Below are positions 57,354 through 64,000 of a stretch of 64,000 nucleotides of DNA, piece by piece. The DNA lies in IMG/VR virus record IMGVR_UViG_3300036715_004471, positions 382,542-446,541 of that record, one strand, 5' to 3'. Position 1 is the first letter of the stretch; each line of letters opens with the position of its first letter. The translations under genes were made by a program, and so were the position numbers. Under the pieces are notes generated by a model. That model saw only the letters and a list, made by a program, of their open reading frames with translations. It had not been told where the DNA came from and searched no databases.

Positions 57354-58078
57354 TCTTTCTCTAATCTTTCTCTTGCTTTCTGACAATAATCCTCAGAAAC
57401 ATCTATTCCAATATAATCCTTACCTAATTGTTTGGCTGCTAGTGCTGTGGTACCACTGCCAGAAAAAGGATCCATTATTAATTTGCCTGGAGTTAATTCA
57501 CAGCATCTTTTAGCTAAATCCAATGGAAATGGAGCGGGATGCCAAGATTTAGTTTCTTGGTGAATACGCCAAACGTCTCCATACTTATTGGTACCAGGAG
57601 CCAATTTGAATCCTGGCTTAGTAATAAGATAAATTACTTCGTAAGTTGGCAATAAATGAGTTTCAGCAAAATTTACCCCGCCTGACTTTGCCCAAATGAT
57701 AATTTGTCTTAAAGGTAACCCCTCAACAATTTCCATTCGTTGTTGAATCAACTTATTTTGTACACGCCATCTAGTGTTGTAAAGAATGGCGCCATCATTC
57801 TTAATGAGACGCATACATTCTTTTAATACATTCTTTTGCCAAGTTACGTATTCTTCTTCTGTCATGTAGTCATTATGTTTATCGTAACCCGCAGCTTGCA
57901 ATTTAGAATTATTGGTCTTCCCCTTCCACTTCTGGGTATTACCAAATGTTTTTCTAATAGCCAAATTGTATGGGGGCGAAGTAACTACCAGATCAAGACA
58001 TTCATCTGGCATTTGCTTCATGACCCCCATACAATCACCACAAATTATTTTATTAACGAAATCATTCGGAAATTCCAT
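57350..58078 (-). CDS. N4-cytosine/N6-adenine DNA methyltransferase (beta class)
   Basis: VTSPPY, HPAPFP, DPFSGSGTT. Confidence 0.92.
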   Translation of the reverse strand: MEFPNDFVNKIICGDCMGVMKQMPDECLDLVVTSPPYNLAIRKTFGNTQKWKGKTNNSKLQAAGYDKHNDYMTEEEYVTWQKNVLKECMRLIKNDGAILYNTRWRVQNKLIQQRMEIVEGLPLRQIIIWAKSGGVNFAETHLLPTYEVIYLITKPGFKLAPGTNKYGDVWRIHQETKSWHPAPFPLDLAKRCCELTPGKLIMDPFSGSGTTALAAKQLGKDYIGIDVSEDYCQKARERLEKD

Positions 58079-58550
58079 GAGACACCTTGTTGAAATAATC
58101 TACAAGGTATGATATAACCGCATCAATTGATTTCACTAACAAAACAGTATTATGCATTCCCAATTTTTTGATTATCTTATTACTGGGATCTCCAGGAATA
58201 GCAAAATTAAATTCCATCCATTGCTCTTTCTTAAGCAATTTACTAGAAGCTAACCAAAAACAATAATCTCTTGTTACTGAAACAGCGATGTTCTGATTAT
58301 CTTTGTACTCAGCATCATTGTCAACTCTGTTCAGAAAAATAACTACATCTTTGTTGGGATCAAACAAAGTAACAAAAATCCTAGGATTCAAAATATTATC
58401 AATGATTACAGAGTCAGTAACCGATAGTAATTTTTCTAAATCACACATCCATTCTTCTGGATTAAGATATGATATTCCTAAATTACTAGACAATGCTTTT
58501 GCGACAGTTGTTCGCCCACTCGCCGGCAATCCGATAATAAAAATCCTCAT
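58062..58550 (-). CDS. P-loop kinase-like protein
   Basis: IIGLPASGRTT (variant Walker A). Confidence 0.5.
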   Translation of the reverse strand: MRIFIIGLPASGRTTVAKALSSNLGISYLNPEEWMCDLEKLLSVTDSVIIDNILNPRIFVTLFDPNKDVVIFLNRVDNDAEYKDNQNIAVSVTRDYCFWLASSKLLKKEQWMEFNFAIPGDPSNKIIKKLGMHNTVLLVKSIDAVISYLVDYFNKVSHGISE

Positions 58551-59275
58551 ACAATTCCATCATTTAATGTCTAGAAATTATTCATTGTAAATATACCACT
58601 TGAATCTTGGAAATCATTTCTTCTACTTCCATTTCTAAATCTTCTTCATTAATTTCCAAAGACTGACTGGGATCATGATCATTTTTGATTGCTTCTTGCG
58701 TTTTGAATTTTATCAAAGACTTGCGCGTGTTAGTTCGTAATATTGTAAAACAATCTTCCGGAGAATCATAAAATGCGTGCCAACACCAAATAGGCTGACT
58801 AAGCTTTCCAGTTACAGGATGCTTCTCATAAAGTGAAGTAGGTTTACTAATTTTACCTTTCCACTCATCTTCTTTCAACCACAACACTGCAATGTCTTCT
58901 ATAGCAGAAACTTTTTCAAATTCAACTTCAATAATGGAAGTTTGCTTAAAATAGTTGATAATAAACTTTCTCATGATTTTTTCTTATCAGTTCCTAAAAC
59001 CAAAGTTTCTGGGATATCATAAAATCTTTTTCCAAGAAATTTATCATCAATTCCTTGATATTTAACATGAAATCTGCTGATATTCCAGCCCGACATATCT
59101 TGCTCAATGATAATTTTATATGTTTGCATGAACGAATCTATCGCCACAATCGGAAAATTCATAACTTCAATTTTCGAATCTGGTTGTGGTTCACGAATAG
59201 ATAATCTTTTCTTTTTGTTTTTATCAGTCTCGACATTAACAGAAACAAGATCGTCAATTTTGTATTTCATTTTTC

Positions 59276-60202
59276 TCAGAATTTCAGACAGTCAAAGGTA
59301 TTTTTGAACTTTTCCCAAGATTTGTCATTGATAATTGATTCAAATTGCATTATCACAAATTCTTCTTTCAAGGTTGAAAAATCTGCATGTCCTTCTTGGA
59401 TTTCAATTTCTTCTTCTGGAACATTTCTAAATTCAATTAACTGTCTGTTAACACTAAAATTAGCCCTATTCTCTTCAACATTTAAGAAACTTTTGAATTT
59501 ATCTGGTGATGTTACCGTATTCAAAGCTTTCTTGGGAGAAAGAAGCGCCGGAATATTATCCGACTTATCTCCATTCAAAGATTTCCAAGCCACATAAGGA
59601 TAGTCCGGTGATGCCATAAATTCCTTTTTAATAGGATTGTAAATACGACAGCTTTTGTACCCTCTTTGAAGCAATTGAATATAATCAGAATCATTACTGA
59701 GAATTACCAGCTCTTCATCTTTCAAATTGTTACACAATGAACCTATCACATCATCACACTCATACTGAGTAGCACGACAAGTAGTGATTGGCAACAACTG
59801 AATCAATCTTACGATTTCATTCTTGGCTTTATGAAACTTATCTAAGTCTTCTTTTCTAGAAGCTTGTTTGATAATCCTATTAGCTTTATAATCAGCAAAC
59901 AAATCATATCTAAATTGAGGATGACCCTCCAAAACAAAAAAACATTTTTCTGGAGAGAACATCTCTATTATGGGTCGTAGATTTCGGAAAAAATTGAAAA
60001 TAGGAATGAACTCTGGATTTGGTTCTTCTGAACATTTTCCATCAATCCATCTACCGCCGCAGACGCAATGCTCATGCAACATCACAATACATCTATTCTC
60101 ATCACACTCATGACATGAATAATGTTTGTTTTTACCAAATGAAAATGTAGTGTTAGCTCTCCAAATAAAATTCATTCCATCTATCAATAATATTTTATCC
60201 AT
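59276..60202 (-). CDS. 5'-3' exonuclease / T4 RNase H-like flap endonuclease
   Basis: IDG.N, YKANR, ECDD, SNDSD, GDKSDNIP. Confidence 0.9.
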   Translation of the reverse strand: MDKILLIDGMNFIWRANTTFSFGKNKHYSCHECDENRCIVMLHEHCVCGGRWIDGKCSEEPNPEFIPIFNFFRNLRPIIEMFSPEKCFFVLEGHPQFRYDLFADYKANRIIKQASRKEDLDKFHKAKNEIVRLIQLLPITTCRATQYECDDVIGSLCNNLKDEELVILSNDSDYIQLLQRGYKSCRIYNPIKKEFMASPDYPYVAWKSLNGDKSDNIPALLSPKKALNTVTSPDKFKSFLNVEENRANFSVNRQLIEFRNVPEEEIEIQEGHADFSTLKEEFVIMQFESIINDKSWEKFKNTFDCLKF

Positions 60203-60225
60203 ACATAACCTTTGGAGAAGAATTT

Positions 60226-61077
60226 ATGAACACAAGATACGAACATAAAACTGGACATTTAACAAAAGAATTACTACAAACAGAATATAATTCTTTAAAA
60301 TCAATAAGAAAAATTGCTAAAAAATACAATGTACATCATGGAACTATAAGTACATTGTTGCGAAAACATAATATTGTATACATACCAAAAACAAGAGAAA
60401 AAGATGAAACATTTTTTTCACAAGAAAATGAAGCTTCATTTTATCTAGCAGGATTTATTGCGGCAGATGGCAATATTCATCATAGTAATAAAAACTATAA
60501 TTTACATATTAGATTGTCAATACATGATGAAAATCATGTTGTGAAACTACATAACTTATTAAAATCAAATTCAAAAATACAAACCCAATTAAACCATGAA
60601 AGTTACATAAACTCTCAAAAAATAATAAGTTCTACAAAGGGGTTTACAATTTGTTCCAAACAAATTTATGATGATCTTATTAAGAAATTCAACATTACTG
60701 AGAACAAAAGTTTAACCTTGAAATTTCCAGAGCATTTAAAAAATCACAAATTAATACCTCATTTTATTAGAGGGTACTTTGATGGAGATGGTTCTTGGAC
60801 TATTAGAAATCCAAATGAAATTAACAAGCAATCTAAAATAAATATTGGGTTCGAAATTCTAGGAACTGAAAATTTTATATCTAATATACAAGATATTCTA
60901 ATTAGAGATTTGAAACTTAAAACAAATAAGATTGAACAAAAAGAAAATATATACAGACTTAGATATTCTGGAAATCGTTTATCATCTCTTATTGGAGATT
61001 GGATGTATAAAGACGCCACTATCTACTTAAATAGAAAATATGAAAGATACCAATTAGCAAAATCATTATTAACCTAA
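60226..61077 (+). CDS. LAGLIDADG homing endonuclease
   Basis: YLAGFIAADG and FIRGYFDGDG. Confidence 0.92.
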   Translation: MNTRYEHKTGHLTKELLQTEYNSLKSIRKIAKKYNVHHGTISTLLRKHNIVYIPKTREKDETFFSQENEASFYLAGFIAADGNIHHSNKNYNLHIRLSIHDENHVVKLHNLLKSNSKIQTQLNHESYINSQKIISSTKGFTICSKQIYDDLIKKFNITENKSLTLKFPEHLKNHKLIPHFIRGYFDGDGSWTIRNPNEINKQSKINIGFEILGTENFISNIQDILIRDLKLKTNKIEQKENIYRLRYSGNRLSSLIGDWMYKDATIYLNRKYERYQLAKSLLT

Positions 61078-61284
61078 TTCAGTGTTTTGTAATATCAGAA
61101 TTGGTAATATGTTTTGTTAATCTTTCGAACTCAGAAAAGACAGCCAAAGAAACAAGATACATGCCTTTGCGCTCCTCTTTTTTGGCATTTCTAATTAAAT
61201 CTTCAAATAAAATCTTTCTCATTTGAAGTAAACGATCTTTATTCTCTTCATTGAGATTATCTATCTGTAGAAAAGAATCTTCTT

Positions 61285-61791
61285 TCATTGAGATAATTTC
61301 AAAGAGGAAGCTATCTTAAAACAAGATTCTTTTGTGGAAGGATTGTCTTCTGGGCTACCACATAAGATGGATTGCATATTTCCATCTTTAATAATCATCC
61401 ATGTCCAAAGTTTGATTCCATCTTTGGAAGCTTCAATTTGAAGAGCTTTAACACCATTGATTTCAATATCATCAACGGAATTTAACTCGGCGCCGACACT
61501 GATTATACCTTTGATAGCAAATACCATACATTGTGTATATGTCATGCCACATTCTTCTTTAGAAAGAACTAGCAAAGTCTTTTTGGACATGTTAGCATAT
61601 TTCACAATACCCTCTCTGGCAGCCACTTTTACCCAACCTAATGGAATTGTAACTGCCAATTTATCTAAAGTTACTTGTTGATCTATCGGATCAACAGCAG
61701 CAGAAATTGGATGCGGCGCAGAAATACTTGAACAACTTGGGCAAGACATTACACATAAACCTAGTAATAAGCAAGCTAATATTCTATTCAT
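61285..61791 (-). CDS. putative lipoprotein
   Basis: Signal-like N-terminus with Cys. Confidence 0.55.
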   Translation of the reverse strand: MNRILACLLLGLCVMSCPSCSSISAPHPISAAVDPIDQQVTLDKLAVTIPLGWVKVAAREGIVKYANMSKKTLLVLSKEECGMTYTQCMVFAIKGIISVGAELNSVDDIEINGVKALQIEASKDGIKLWTWMIIKDGNMQSILCGSPEDNPSTKESCFKIASSLKLSQ

Positions 61792-62067
61792 TTAATCACC
61801 TTTCAGATCAATTTATATCAATCATCCCGATCTTGAGGATCCCGGAGTGCGGATCTTGAACAAATTCTTTCTTATAGACTTATGTGTAATGTCTAAAAAT
61901 TGCCGCAAGACCAATCCACAAGTCTTTGATTTGCAATAATCCTCTGGTAAGAGGCGTCTCTCGACAAAAGAATGGGGATATATAATAGGGGAAGTAGTTA
62001 TTATCTGATCAGGGGAAAGAAAAAACTCAAGGTAAGCAGATGTTGTGCATCCACCTACCTTAAGTCA

Positions 62068-62496
62068 TCATACATCCGAAAATAGATCATCATTCAAATC
62101 CTCATCTTCGTCATCATCGTTTGATGATGTAGAGGAATTTGAAATAGTATTTGCAATTAATGCAGCTGTTTTGGCTTCTAAAGCAGCTTTCATTTGAATC
62201 TTAGCCGCTTCTTTGGCTGCCTTAGCAGCTTCTTTCTTTTGCTTTTCCGTAGCCCTCATAATGCCACCGTGGGCACCACGGGTTACATGCCAATCGGGAT
62301 GACGTCTAATGTAGAATCTGATCAGTGGATCAGCTTCACGCAATTGTTTATCATTCCAATTTAGCCTGATCGCTATCATGCCTAGTAGGGCTGGGAATTG
62401 AAGATTTCCTTCGCCGCTCCATTCATTCAGCGCCTCATCTGTTGCTGCAAAAACAACAGTTATTTGATCTAATACGGACTCAATGGTTTCACTCAT
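62068..62496 (-). CDS. hypothetical (paralog of 27556..27912) with acidic tail
   Basis: Shared VTRG..GG motif. Confidence 0.65.
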   Translation of the reverse strand: MSETIESVLDQITVVFAATDEALNEWSGEGNLQFPALLGMIAIRLNWNDKQLREADPLIRFYIRRHPDWHVTRGAHGGIMRATEKQKKEAAKAAKEAAKIQMKAALEAKTAALIANTISNSSTSSNDDDEDEDLNDDLFSDV

Positions 62497-62719
62497 GTTA
62501 ACATGGCTCCTGGTTATTTAATAAGTAATCTTAATCTGTGATTGAATGTAATATAGGAATATACTGCGATCGCTGAAATTATCCCTCCCCACAGCGACCA
62601 ATTCCCATATCCTTTAGATAGTAAATGTAACATTATTTCATATGCAACAATCGTTGATATAAACACATTACATAATGTAGTAATCAATATGACAGGAATA
62701 ACTGTCAAAATCTTTTGAA

Positions 62720-63019
62720 TCATGCTTTGACAAAACGACCAGTAACAGTATTTCTTGCCTTATGGTTATTGGTATAGTTTCTAACTTTACCTGGCTTCAC
62801 TGTTTTAACTGTGACTTTTTTAACAACCGTTACTGATTGCATATTGTCAACAGCCGACACCTCGCCTAAAGCAAACACTAAGGTAAGGTTATTTCTTACC
62901 AATTCATTGGCGATAGCCAACACATCAGAGCCGGCATCAATTCTATTCTGAACTTCTTTAGCAAGAGCCTCGATAGCAACTGCTAATTGCTTTACATCAT
63001 CACGAGTAGATGTTTTCAT
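62720..63019 (-). CDS. hypothetical protein
   Basis: ORF. Confidence 0.55.
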   Translation of the reverse strand: MKTSTRDDVKQLAVAIEALAKEVQNRIDAGSDVLAIANELVRNNLTLVFALGEVSAVDNMQSVTVVKKVTVKTVKPGKVRNYTNNHKARNTVTGRFVKA

Positions 63020-63033
63020 TTTTATATTACCTT

Positions 63034-63345
63034 TCAATTAACTGATCCGCCTGAGCCTTTGATTCCACCTAGAATCTTATCCAGGAAATCTGGAGTTTTT
63101 TGAGACTGAGCGGGTTGTTGACTGACGCGCACAATGGTAGAAATATCACCAATCAACATGGTGCTTTCTTGCATCAAGCCCGCCAATAATCCCGAAGCTT
63201 TTGACATTTCAACAACAAAATCAGCAATATCGCCATCATCTGCCTTTTTGATCTGTTCACCAGATTCCATCGAAGCTTCAAACTGTGCAACTAATTTTCT
63301 CAGAATGCTTAGATCGGGAGCAGGTAATTTACCTAATTTAGACAT
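63034..63345 (-). CDS. hypothetical protein
   Basis: GGAG RBS. Confidence 0.6.
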   Translation of the reverse strand: MSKLGKLPAPDLSILRKLVAQFEASMESGEQIKKADDGDIADFVVEMSKASGLLAGLMQESTMLIGDISTIVRVSQQPAQSQKTPDFLDKILGGIKGSGGSVN

Positions 63346-63962
63346 GTTTATTCTCCATTATTTGTGACAATTTGCTTCGGTCAAAATCAATTAACTTGAA
63401 ATTTCCAAACCGATCTTTCATAATATTTCTTGGATGAAGATCCGAATGATCGATTGGTGTCTTTTTTAGATCCTGACATAATTGCAAAACTTTTTTGAGA
63501 TCGAAATCCAATCCCATATTCAAACCATACAACACTTTTTGTAATTGTTGATCTGAATATTTTTTCTTAGCGCCACGATCCTCGTGTGAAAGAATACTGT
63601 GGAATACTTTTTTCTCATCCTCGGAGAGCTTGAAACACTTCTCCATGATGTAATAGTACAGAAAATATTCCTGTGGACCAGAAACGGTTTTTCGAGTGGA
63701 GCGCCCTAGATAGTTAAATCTAAACACACGTGCGTACGTGGATGGGCATGTCTCCGCCAAAAAACTTAATACTTCGTTAATTCTGCAAAATTCTTTTTCC
63801 AAAGGCTCCGAATAATGGTACAGAGTGGAAAACTTAATTACTTTATCTGTAGATCCCTCAATTTCAAAAACTTCACCATCGGCACCATCACCCAATTGAG
63901 AAGATGGTACAACCGGAATTAATTTCGGACAAAGCTCTCGACACAACGAAAGAGATTTCATA
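63338..63962 (-). CDS. protein kinase-like protein
   Basis: LGDGADGEVF, VIK, HSDLHPRNIM, LIDFD. Confidence 0.82.
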
Positions 63963-64000
63963 AAAACCAAAGGGAGCCTGACTAGCAAGCTCCCTTTCAA

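Noticed and set aside
1-64000. Bacterial chromosome origin
   Set aside because: tsf, groES, rnhB and rnpB lack their normal operon partners. Dense small ORFans, many homing nucleases, an endolysin and atypical tRNAs favour a large phage, though no terminase or portal gene is in the window.

Overview
64 kb of an AT-rich, gene-dense, mostly minus-strand region that looks like the host-takeover arm of a jumbo/huge bacteriophage in standard genetic code. No host can be assigned. It carries about 42 tRNA genes clustered by amino acid, a type-A RNase P RNA, EF-Ts, GroES, a Ro60/Rsr (TROVE) protein, an RNA ligase-like protein and two 2H phosphoesterases. It also has NAD/ADP-ribose enzymes (NAMPT, two DraG-like hydrolases, PARG-like), three DNA methyltransferases, a GH25 endolysin and about 15 free-standing HNH/GIY-YIG/LAGLIDADG-type nucleases. 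The main unannotated signal is in the tRNA array (37-44 kb): eight copies of a Y-RNA-like module with a shared Ro-binding-type stem and swappable inserts, interleaved with tRNAs and several other non-canonical tRNA mimics. Other patterns are a shared C-terminal ...F-x-stop motif on at least 13 otherwise dissimilar proteins, a TGATATATA promoter-like motif, capsid-protein-like fragments, and HNH genes whose stop codons lie inside tRNAs. All RNA calls were folded by eye and protein calls rest on motif recognition; no searches were run.
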